A stretch of DNA of 63,899 bases, the filler included, from Octopus bimaculoides (lineage: Eukaryota), in NCBI RefSeq assembly GCF_001194135.2. It is 7 parts of 6 records of this genome, joined end to end, with 100 filler letters (N's around TTAATTAATTAA, not from the genome) between each part and the next. Parts side by side here need not be neighbours in the genome. Positions count along the whole stretch, not along the records: positions 1 to 20,882 come from NC_068981.1; 6 more parts are not named here. One strand, written 5' to 3'. This document shows, in pieces, positions 1 to 11,593 of the stretch. The notes below the pieces were generated by a model, which had not been told where the DNA came from, did not search any database, and saw only the letters and a list, made by a program, of their open reading frames with translations. How positions within the stretch are numbered: the first letter of the stretch is position 1; every line of letters starts with the position of its first letter. The translations under genes were made by a program, and so were the position numbers.

Positions 1-517
1 ATATATACACATAGTGTTGTTTATGCAAAAAGAAGGCAACACAGAAGGAAAGTTTCAACAAACGTATTAGTTTAAAGCTTGTCTGTTTGCGTGTGAGTGA
101 GTGAGTGTGTGTGTGTGTGTGTGTGAATATGAGTTTGAGTATATATGTTTGGACTCGAGCATGGTCAAGACGTTAAGAAGTTTGCCTCGTAAATATGAAA
201 AATCCACGTTTGATCCCGCATTCGTTGTTTGGGCAAGTGTTTTTTACAAAGCCTCCAGTCAGTGTAAATGCATAGATAGAAACTGTGTAGAAGCCCTTCA
301 GATAAATTGTACTTGTTAGGGAAAGGTCCAGTCTTGTGATAGAATACCACACAGTGAACCGACACGAGAAAGACCTGCGTTGAAGATACACGTGTGTGTG
401 GAATATTCAGTCTCTTATATGCTCGTTTAGCGACCAGCAATTTGAATAATTAAATACTCACCATACGGACTGGCTGGGGATCCTTCAGCACGCACATTCA
501 TAATATGTATGTATGTT

Positions 518-548
<31 letters not shown>

Positions 549-1007
549 GTGCGTGTGTGTTTCAGTCCTTAGATTGCGGCCATGCCGTGGTAATGGGGGT
601 GGGGTGTTATTCCAACAAAACGAGCTCAGTACTTTGTTTAAAGCCTGGTGTCTATTCTGTCGGTCTTTTTGGCCGAACCGCTATGTTATGAGCATGTATG
701 TATGTATGTATGCATACATGCATGTATGCGTGTCTGTGTATGTGTTTGCCTTCCGATAACGCTTGGCAACCGGTGTGGTGTGCTTACGTCTCAGAGAGAC
801 CAACAGAATCAGTACCATGCTTAAAATATATTAAGTACTAAGGGTTTTTTTTCTCGACTAAGCCCTTCAAGGCTTGCATACACTCCAGCATTGCCGCAAT
901 CCAAGATATATATATATAAAAATATAGATCACATACACTTACATATATATACATGTGTGTATATATATAAATGTGCGTGTTTTGTGAGTGAGTATGAGAA
1001 AGACAGA

Positions 1008-1038
<31 letters not shown>

Positions 1039-1112
1039 AGAGAGAGAAAGAGAGAGAGAGAGAGGGGGAGGGAAAGAGAGAGAGGGGGGGCGGGAAAGAG
1101 AGAGAGGGGGGA

Positions 1113-1179
<67 letters not shown>

Positions 1180-1683
1180 TGAGAGAGAGAGATAGGTTGT
1201 GGGAGACAGACCAATAGTGTTTGTTTTATTTCTGTAAATGTGACAGTGTACTGAAAACACCTCGCCTATGTGTGTTTGACTGGCTGTCATGGCAAGCTTG
1301 TAAATATAGTTATTTCGCACACATTCACGAATGTTGAATGATTTGCTAGCTTTGACAAGCTGTGAGTTTCGACGCAATAAAACACACACACAGAGCAACA
1401 TTAATTGACATCGCATGCATGCGTCTGTGCATGTATACATCTATCTATATATCTATCAAGGCGTAACCGTGGCTGTGTGGTGAGAACTCTGCTTTCCAAC
1501 TAAACGGTTCCAGGTTCATTCCCATTGCTTGGACCTTGGGCACATGTCTTCCACTATGACCTTGTGGTATGCGTGTCTGTATGTGCGTTTGTGTGTAACT
1601 ATTTGGACTTTGGGTATATGTCTATTAATATGTCAATTAAAACACATTCATCGCTTGGGCTACCTGGATATATTTTTCTACAC

Positions 1684-1799
1684 CATGCAGCTGAAGTGAC
1701 ACAGCCTGCACTGGTTGATGCAATGCAACCAGATGCACAATATCCTATCCACATCGGACAGATGCAGGATGGGTCGAAATGATCGTCGTGCTGAATAAA
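1684..1799 (+). ncRNA. Decayed hammerhead-like motif with long branched helix II
   Basis: CUGAAGU (1691-1697), then GACACAGCCUGCA...UGCAGGAUGGGUC (11 of 13 paired) enclosing the hairpin CUGGUUG/CAACCAG, then GAAA U GAUC GUC GUGCUG AAUAAA. A9 and helix I are degenerate. Confidence 0.5.
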
Positions 1800-2157
1800 G
1801 AAAGATTCGTATTAAATCCATCTTCCGTTTCCTTCATCAATTATATGTGTGTGTGGGTGTGTCGCTGTCGCGCACTTCTGCTTGACAACCAGAAAGGGTT
1901 TGTTTACTTCCACATAACCTAGCGGTCAGCCAATAGAGAGAGAGAGTTAGAATAAATACCAAACTTAAAAACAGTAAGTGCTGGGATCCAAAGACTGAAA
2001 CGAATAAAAGAATATGAATATATTTACATGTGGTTAGGAAACTCAAATCCTTGTGAATTTGGGTACGATTTCCTTTGAGCAAAAGTCACCTACTTCAGTA
2101 TTGGGCTGAACAGTACGTACATACATGCATACATACAGGCATACACCATAAACTTCA

Positions 2158-2224
<67 letters not shown>

Positions 2225-3229
2225 GTGTGTCTGTCTATGCATGTGTGCATATATATATATCGTATTGTATATATATATACATATATTGTATATATATATA
2301 TATATATATANNNNNNNNNNNNNNNNNNNNNNNNNNNNNNNNNNNNNNNNNNNNNNNNNNNNNNNNNNNNNNNNNNNNNNNNNNNNNNNNNNNNNNNNNN
2401 NNNNNNNNNNNNNNNNNNNNNNNNNNNNNNNNNNNNNNNNNNNNNNNNNNNNNNNNNNNNNNNNNNNNNNNNNNNNNNNNNNNNNNNNNNNNNNNNNNNN
2501 NNNNNNNNNNNNNNNNNNNNNNNNNNNNNNNNNNNNNNNNNNNNNNNNNNNNNNNNNNNNNNNNNNNNNNNNNNNNNNNNNNNNNNNNNNNNNNNNNNNN
2601 NNNNNNNNNNNNNNNNNNNNNNNNNNNNNNNNNNNNNNNNNNNNNNNNNNNNNNNNNNNNNNNNNNNNNNNNNNNNNNNNNNNNNNNNNNNNNNNNNNNN
2701 NNNNNNNNNNNNNNNNNNNNNNNNNNNNNNNNNNNNNNNNNNNNNNNNNNNNNNNNNNNNNNNNNNNNNNNNNNNNNNNNNNNNNNNNNNNNNNNNNNNN
2801 NNNNNNNNNNNNNNNNNNNNNNNNNNNNNNNNNNNNNNNNNNNNNNNNNNNNNNNNNNNNNNNNNNNNNNNNNNNNNNNNNNNNNNNNNNNNNNNNNNNN
2901 NNNNNNNNNNNNNNNNNNNNNNNNNNNNNNNNNNNNNNNNNNNNNNNNNNNNNNNNNNNNNNNNNNNNNNNNNNNNNNNNNNNNNNNNNNNNNNNNNNNN
3001 NNNNNNNNNNNNNNNNNNTGTGTGTGTGTGTGTGTGTGTGTATATATACTCTTTTATTTTATTTCACTTATTTCGACTGCGGCCATGCTGGTGCACCGCT
3101 TTTAGTCGAACAAATCGCCCCCAAGACTTATTCTTTGTAAGCCTCGTAATTATTCTATCGTTCTCTTTTGTCGAACCGCTAGCTTACGGGGACGTAAACA
3201 CACCAGTAGGTGTCTTAGCAATTTATGAA

Positions 3230-3359
3230 CGTCACTAAAGTGGCAAGGGTACAAAGTGATACCAATATTGCTAGAAATAAGAGTTGTGGCTAATGAGTCG
3301 TTTTGGCTCTTATTTCTAGCAATGCTGGTACCATGTTATACCTTGTCACTCTAGTGACG
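3230..3359. mobile_element. Palindromic MITE-like element
   Basis: CGTCACTAAAGTGGCAAGG versus CCTTGTCACTCTAGTGACG, plus a perfect inner 17-bp inverted repeat ATTGCTAGAAATAAGAG/CTCTTATTTCTAGCAAT. Confidence 0.75.
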
Positions 3360-3598
3360 ATTAAATATATATATATATGTATGTATGTATGTATAGTGGA
3401 AGCTGTTTATTATTATAATCATGCACAATGACATCAATCGGTTATTTTTATCACAGTGAGTGGACCCCATACAAGCTCAGGATATCGTTATAACTTTCGT
3501 TTCATCTGCTTAATGTTATCAGGCGGTTGTTATTTTGTAGAAGCTGCGTCGCAAAATGATCACAAGCGGCTCCTAATGTACACACACAAATATGTATG

Positions 3599-3642
<44 letters not shown>

Positions 3643-4807
3643 CGTGTGTATGTATGTTTCTATGTATGTTTGTATTAACCTGGAAGATAAAAATGATCGA
3701 CCTAGGAATATAACAAAAGTGTAGCCGTGAGTAAAACTACAAGCGATGCAGCTGTTTACACACGGCGTATTCCCTGACCACCGATAATGTGAGCTATTTT
3801 GCTACATAGATTTCCTTCTCACAGCTTTTAGTAAATAAACTTCGAGCATCTTAAAACTCTCAATGGCAAGCGTCTCCTAATCATGTCAATACTGTGCTGG
3901 ACTGCCGATTGAAAGATCATGGTTTCGAATGTCATTCCCTCTACTTACCCTTCGCTCGTGGTCAACAACTATTTTATTTATTCATTTGTTTATATTATAA
4001 CGTAGTTGGTAAACAATAGTGTCGTGGGTTGCAAGTTTCCAGCAGGCCAATCACTGGTTCACAGTTTTAACGGCAAAGGTGGCAAGGGAGTGTTTGTAAG
4101 TTGCAGCAGAACAAATATCGCAACGAACTTCGATCGGCAATTTTATTTTTTTTCCATCGAAATGTGACGGACTTCTACCCAGTTTACATTTACGAAATTC
4201 TGCTCACATTTATGAGTCAAAATACTTCTATAAGTAAAACACACCTGTCGAAGATGATGATCGAAGGCGGAATCGCGTCGTTGTCATGCGAAATTCTTAA
4301 TCAGACAACCACAAGTCAAAGTTTCATGATCTCTCCCTTCCTCCATCCACCTGTCATGTTACGTGTAAATGCTTGCGGATTTGTCAAGTTTTGTAAACAG
4401 TACAGTGTAAACAACATTAACCGGCCTTTATGTTGAGCTCGCTGAAACTGCCATCTACATAGAGAGAATGACCGAGAAAATAACAATCACGAGTAAAAAA
4501 AAAAGGAAAGAAAGAAAAAAGAACAAGAAAAGAAACATGTTTCATTCAATTGTGTCCTAAGCTTCCCTCAAGACAAAAATCTCCTTGTCAGGCCCTCAGT
4601 CGGATGAAGTAGATCTATGATCAAAGGCGTTTTAGTCATGACTATTACGTCTTATTTTAGTCTACATATATCCATACATACAATATTCCATTTTCATTTC
4701 TTAAAAGTGCTCGAGAGGGAGGTTTCGTAGTCATCCCTCACCGGTCGATCGATCGTGTTGAGGTCTCTTCGTTGTATTAATAGAGATAAGGTTAAAAAGG
4801 GCCGGAA

Positions 4808-5010
4808 TATTGATGGTGTGGAAGTTGCTAACTCTAGTGGAATACTGATGTGGAAGTTATTAGATGTATGGATATTGTTGGCGTGGAAGCAGCAAAGTAT
4901 GGTGGGCTATTGATGGTGTGGAAATCGCCAGCTCTTGTGGGATGTTGATAACGTGGGAGTTGCTAACTCTTGTGGGATATTCATGACGTGGAAGTTGGAC
5001 GCTTTTGTAG
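4808..5010. repeat. Degenerate 35-bp minisatellite, about 6 units
   Basis: Units such as TATTGATGGTGTGGAAGTTGCTAACTCTAGTGGAA and TGTTGATAACGTGGGAGTTGCTAACTCTTGTGGGA. Confidence 0.75.
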
Positions 5011-6789
5011 CATATATCACCATAAATTACTGTGTACAGCTGAGCCAATGAAAGAAGCCCCAATGAGGCTGCTCAACTGGCTAAAAATAACAACCAAATC
5101 TCTTTCAAATCATATAAGAAGATGGTCATAGCAGGAACATTTTTGATCATACGTCTGCTCAGTCAAGACTTTCTTGGGGCTAAAATCATGCAGCAACTCT
5201 CTAAAAGTTGGGTTCGTTACTGTGAACAAGCTGTAGTGAAGGTTATACCTATTTTTACAGTATTATGTGGTTCACTGCTCTACCACTGGAAAACACCAAC
5301 TCTCTGCAAGTTTTATATATAAATATCAAAGGAGTTTCTAGGTAATTACTCGACCTGCTAGATATTACAACAAAATCTCCCTCAATGAAACATATTGGAT
5401 AATGTAGTCTTATACATTCCAGTTTGAAAATACTTTCTCACTTTTCTTCCATCAATTTCGGAATCGCCGCATAAGAGCATGTGACTGCTTTTAATTCTAA
5501 GTAATAAAAAGGCATTTTTCAGGAGTATCCCAATGTGGATATTATTTGATCAGTAGCTGAGGGTAAGCGACTGATCAAAGCTAAAGTATTGTCTGTCCCT
5601 TGATAAGGAAACCTCGTCATTGTAATATATTTTTGTTAATATTATTTACAAGTGTTGGAACCATGAAAGGTTTGAAATTGTGAGAGCTACCATTTGCAAC
5701 GTTTGAAAATCTCAATTGAATACTGGAGAATGTAATATAAGGTTATTTCCTTGATATGTGTAAAGGTTGAAGGCGTCTTTTTTTGTCAATGAAAGGGATT
5801 TGGTCATCATGGTTCTATTGGGGAATGATTTGGGTGATCTATGCTCATCATGGTAGCAACTCATGTCTAGCTGAGATGCTTAGTTTTGCATAAGGGAGCT
5901 ACCCGTGGGAGACAGGTAAGGAAAGAGGGATGGCGATTTCATCTCAGTAGAACAGCGAGAGGGTCAGCAATTATTAGTAATAAATAGATGCAATAGTGTC
6001 GGCAACACAACTGAATGATAAAATTTAGGTCAGAATTCATTGACACAAGCGGTCTGTCAGACATGAAATTTCATAAACAAGAAATGCAAGAAGATAAAGC
6101 GCGTTTGTTGGTAACATAAGTTACCATGCTAGATACTATATGTACGGGAGAGATTGAATCAGATATTAGGTTTGAGGTTCTCTTTTGCCACCAAGTCATA
6201 ATATTGGTTTCAAATTTTAGCACAAGTGATTTTGGGAGAGGGCATAAGTCTTTTACGTCAATCCTAGTGCCAAACTGGTACATGTTTCATCGACTCCGAA
6301 AGGATGAAAGGCACAATCGACCTCGGTGAAATTATAACTCAGAACGTAAAGACGGACGAAATGCCGTTAAGTATCTTGCCCGATGCGGTTACGATTCTGC
6401 CAGCTCGCCATCTTAACTCGAAGTCATCATATTAGCCAATTTAATTTTTCCTAAGTAATAATGAGTTTTCTAAAAATTCTGTTACCTGTGTAAGCTGGAA
6501 GCCAATAGATATTTAACGTAGAACTTAATTTAATGCAGCGAATCACTGAGTGGTCCGTTAGAAACCTATAGCCAACGACGCTATAGTTCACCAATTACAA
6601 TACTAAATAAATAAATAAAATCTGTTTAACTACCCCATCTGGGAATTGAAACAAAAAGGTAGGTTGCGAACTTAGTTTACTCGCGCCTACGATATATGTT
6701 ACAACACCAATTTATACTGGTAAAGGTAAAATGCTGCAAATTTGTACGAGAGAGATATTCAACAGATTGAATTAGCTCAAGTACAATCT

Positions 6790-7218
6790 TTTCTACTCTA
6801 GGCACAAGGCCCGAAATTTTGGGGGAGGGCGATAGTCGATTAGATCGACCCCAGTACGCAACTGGTACTTAATTTATCAACCCCAAAAGGATGAAAGGCA
6901 AAGTCGACCTCGGCGGAATTTGAACTCAGAACGTGAAGACAGACGAAATACCGCTAAGCATTTTCGCCCGGCGTGCTAACGTTTCTTATTTCTTTACTAC
7001 CCACAAGGGTCTACACACAGAGGGGAAAAACAAGGACAGACAAACGGATTAAGTTGATTACATCGACCCCAGTGCGTAACTGGTACTTAATCTATCAACC
7101 CTGAAAGGATGAAAGGCAAAGTCAACCTCGGCGGAATTTAAACTCAGAAATGCAACGGCCGATGAAATACCACTAAGCATTTCGCCCGGTGTGCTAACGT
7201 TTTTACCAGCTCGCCGCC
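6790..7218 (-). mobile_element. Dimeric tRNA-derived SINE (second family) flanked by an 18-bp direct repeat
   Basis: Two tandem units containing GTTCTGAGTTCAAATTCCGCCGAGGTCGACTTTGCCTTTCATCC. TTAGCTCAAGTACAATCT occurs at 6772-6789 and 7219-7236. Other copies lie near 6270-6420, 7860-8024, 23595-23790, 50835-51300 and 59400-59540. Confidence 0.88.
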
Positions 7219-8219
7219 TTAGCTCAAGTACAATCTGAACGGCTACTTAATTCATGGAGCACCGAAGAGGTGAAAAGTTAGAGTCAACTCAGGCCAAGTT
7301 TGAACTCTGTACGTGGCAGGAGAAACCTAGAAACACTTTAAAACATTTGGTACAATGCTGTAATTTTTGTCTCTCCACCTATAGTCTTCCATTCTTGTTG
7401 CTAAAGATTTCTCACACTAGTACAAAGCTATAGATTTGTAAGGGAATGGTGTGGTCCCTGGAAAACTGAAAAGCGAATTCAACTAGTCTGCATTCGAACT
7501 CAGATAACGGTGAGACAAAATAATTAAACCAACGCTTAACCCTTTCTGCCATTCCCACGCCTAAAATATTGCTTTAATTTGTGGCTGTTTAACCTCTATG
7601 TAAATCAGTTGACCTACATTCAAAGGTGCTCACTCCATCTATGACCACCTCGACATTTTTAGCTGTATTTAGGACTACTTTACACAATCTGTCTTGTTCT
7701 ATATAATGCAGTACATTATATATATATCCCGTGATTGAGGGAAATATAGTTGACATTTCTAGCAGATTAAGCAGCCGCGTAGGCGCTCCCTCGAGAATGC
7801 AAATGATGACAACGACGATGGTGACGCCGATGATGATGATGATAGGATTATTATTAGTAGTAGGCAGCGAGCTGGCAGAATCGATAAGCACGCCGGATAG
7901 AATGCTTAGCAGCATTTCGTCCGTCTTTGCGTTCTGAGTTCAAATTCCGCCGAGGTTGACTTTGCCTTTCATCCTTTCGGGGTCGATTAAATAAGTACCA
8001 GCTATGCACTGGGTCGATGTAATCNNNNNNNNNNNNNNNNNNNNNNNNNNNNNNNNNNNNNNNNNNNNNNNNNNNNNNNNNNNNNNNNNNNNNNNNNNNN
8101 NNNNNNNNNNNNNNNNNNNNNNNNNNNNNNNNNNNAAAGTATATCTTCTGGTCGTGTAATAAATACATCCAAACATAGTGTTTAAGAGGCTAATGAGGTT
8201 ACTGCTGCTGCTATATATG

Positions 8220-8282
<63 letters not shown>

Positions 8283-8997
8283 ACTGAGTATGTTTTCTAA
8301 GACAGTTATTGTAATATTGTTTTGGGTGCACTGTAGATTACGTGTCTGGGTGTTTGGTGGGGAGAGGACGGTAGAAGTAACGGCAGTGACTGTGGTGTCT
8401 GAGTGCTTTTACGTGTGTGTTTGCGCGCTGTTTAGCTTTCTTTCAGCATAACTTCTACGTACGCTGTGAATGTTGTGTGGTTGCGTAGTAAGTAATTCCT
8501 AGCTGTTTTTGTTGTTGTTGTTGTTGTTTAGTCCCAAGTTAATTCTGATCGATCAAACCATACATACCTCAAGATTTCACCACCCACAATCTCACCCACC
8601 TTATAAAATGACAGGGAGATAATTTGACTGTTAATTCTGTCAGAAGACGCAAATATGCAATTCCTAGTATTTTGCAGGGTGTCTTCCGCTAAAATTAGCG
8701 GCTGTATAAAGTGGGCAATTCAGTGGATAACGAACTCCCAGTCACAGCAGATTGAAAGAAGAGATAAGAAAAAAAGAAAAATTTTTAAACCCGACTGCGG
8801 ATTTTAAAAAAACACTGAAATTTTGCTACTTTTCAAAGTAGCTATACATTTTTGTAACGTGTCTATCGCCGAGGCCAACATGGTGATATCTTCAGGACTG
8901 TTTCAACCTTTACCGGTTTGTGGGTTTATTTTAGGGGTGAGGGTTATTTTGTAAAATTAAGAGCTACAGTGGAATAGAACTCAATTCATTAGTGCTA

Positions 8998-9033
<36 letters not shown>

Positions 9034-9741
9034 TATTAAACCAGTCCCCGAAGATAGACGAAGGAGCAATGTCTACCGGCATGAAATTTTAGGCCAGAAA
9101 CTTATGGCAGAAAAATGTAAAGAGTCTGCACGCCAATGTCTTGACAATTTCCATCGTTTTAAACAACAGCCACAATATCGATAACAACAGTTTCTACTCA
9201 GTTGCTTATCCTGCTAGAAATATTAGTCAAAGAGGAGAACTCTCTTAGATAATGCTTCCGCTAAAAAACGAAAAGATAGGACAGTCATAGCAAGGAAAGC
9301 ACTGATCCTAGATCTGCTCGATCACGGTTCACCTGGGTTAACCTGATGCTAAATAGCTTCAACTTGAATATCAATAGTTATTATTGTTACTAACTAACAC
9401 ATGTACAAGGCCTGAATTTTGGGGGAAGGTGTTGGTCTATACCAACAACACCAGTGTTTTGACATGTACTCAGTCATATAAACCACATATGGATAAAAGG
9501 CAAAGTTGATCTCAACCGGATTTGAACTCAGAATGTAGAGTGACACAACGAAATATCGCAAGACGTGACATTCTGACGATTCTACCAGTCCACCGACTTA
9601 ACAACAATAATTGTTGTTTCTGGGTTTAGGTACAAGGCGAGTAAGTTTAGGGGCAGTGAGTCCGTTACATTGACTCCAATATTTGACTGGTACTTAATTT
9701 TATCTATCTCGAAAGGATGGAAAGGTAAAGCAGACTCGTTG

Positions 9742-9847
9742 ATCCTTCGGTATTGTTATAGAGTGTCTTTTTCAACCTCGCCTCTTCAACTATGCCATGA
9801 GGGAAGGTTGTGTGGGTGAATTATGTCATCTATCAATACCGAAGGAT
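9742..9847. mobile_element. Tiny MITE with 14-bp TIRs
   Basis: ATCCTTCGGTATTG...CAATACCGAAGGAT. The interior is homologous to 17473-17608 in the opposite orientation. Confidence 0.75.
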
Positions 9848-10649
9848 TACTTCTGTCCCTCGGCGGCATTTGAACTCAGAAATGTAAAGAACCGGAAGAC
9901 ATACAGCAATAACTACAGCAACAGTAACTGCAATAGCTCTACGCCGACAGCTCAAATATTGAGAGGAAAGAATATTTTAGTATGTAACCTTTAATATTTA
10001 TCCTCAAGGAACGAGAACTTTTTTAGAGGCTACCAGCAGGAATTGAAACTGGGACGCGGGTTTTCCTTTTAATCAAAACAGCTGTTATAGTAATAATAAA
10101 AGTAATTTCTTCTAATTGGCTTTTAAGGGAGGAGATAACCCACAGCATCAACCCAGTACTTGACTGGTACTTTACGGGGGAGTGAAGGGTGAAGTCGAGC
10201 CCATCGTTTCTAATATACGTGCTAAGTCAAAAATATAGGCGAGGGGTATAAGCGATTAAATCAACCCCAGTACTTGACTGGTATTTTATTGGCTTCGACG
10301 GGATTTGAACTCAGAGGATAAAGAACATAAACTAAATACAGATTTTACCAATCCACCGCGCTTACATATTGACACAAGGCTAAAAATCTGAGGGGAGGGT
10401 ACACTTGATTATATATATCAACCCACCAATATTTTTGATTCAGTTTTATCGACCCTGGAAAGACGAGAGGCAACGTTGATCTCGCCGTGATTTGAACTTT
10501 GAGCACACACACACACACACACACAAACGCCGGTATGAATACCACAAGCATTTACCGGCACTCAACCGATTTTGGCATCCTACCACCCGCCTTAAAAAAA
10601 TAATTATAAAAGGTTTCTTATCTCATTGTTTACAAGTATATAATGATAA

Positions 10650-11139
10650 GGACGCCGATAATATTGTGAATGATAATAGTGACGATAATGACGACAACAA
10701 TGACGATGATAATATGGTTTACGATAAGGTTTTAACAATAATGATGACATTCGTGATGACAACGACAATGATTACGGTCATGGATGAGGATGCTGGAGAA
10801 TGACAATTACGGTGAAGACGATTGAGACGGTGATTACGATTCTAATAGATGATAATTTTGTTTTATGATAATGAAGATTATTGTGGTGATGACAACGACG
10901 ACAAATGGTAATGATAACGATGAGATGGTGGTGGAGGATACCATGAATGATGATGATGAGGATGACAATGAATATGAATATGAAAATTACAATGGTGGTG
11001 GTGGTGGTGGTGGTGGTGATGATGATGATGATGATGACGACCACATCGACGATGAGACAACTGTAATATGTCATCAAGAAACAACAACAAATAAAAGTTG
11101 AAGAACAATCATCGCCGCATAACGAGTATTTCCATGGAC

Positions 11140-11176
<37 letters not shown>

Positions 11177-11180
11177 ATTG
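10650..11180. repeat. Mosaic trinucleotide tract (GAT/GAC/GGT/AGT)n
   Basis: Visible directly; it produces the poly-D/G/H/Y pseudo-ORFs in the track. Confidence 0.85.
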
Positions 11181-11286
11181 TAGTTTGAAGGAAGTTGTGA
11201 AAATATTAAGACTAAATGTATATATACACACCTACACAAACTCATACAAACACACAGAAAGACACCCATATGTATTTGTGTGTGTG

Positions 11287-11340
<54 letters not shown>

Positions 11341-11369
11341 ATTATTACAAATTAAAAGGGTAAAGGATT

Positions 11370-11408
<39 letters not shown>

Positions 11409-11464
11409 GTGTGTATGTATATATATACATATACACGTGTGTGTACATATACATATATATACAT

Positions 11465-11498
<34 letters not shown>

Positions 11499-11553
11499 GT
11501 GTATATGTATCTGTATACACATATGTATACACACACATACACACATGCATGTG

Positions 11554-11593
<40 letters not shown>

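Noticed and set aside
8850-8895. Minus-strand CUGAAGA-stem-GACACGUU hammerhead-like string
   Set aside because: GAAA is mutated, helix I does not pair, and helix II starts with a U-A pair. It cannot be distinguished from chance.
8447-8937. Possible + strand exons (8447-8487 and an ATG at 8880 giving MVISSGLFQPLPVCGFILG)
   Set aside because: Support is splice and Kozak-like motifs only, with no homology and no linked downstream exon.
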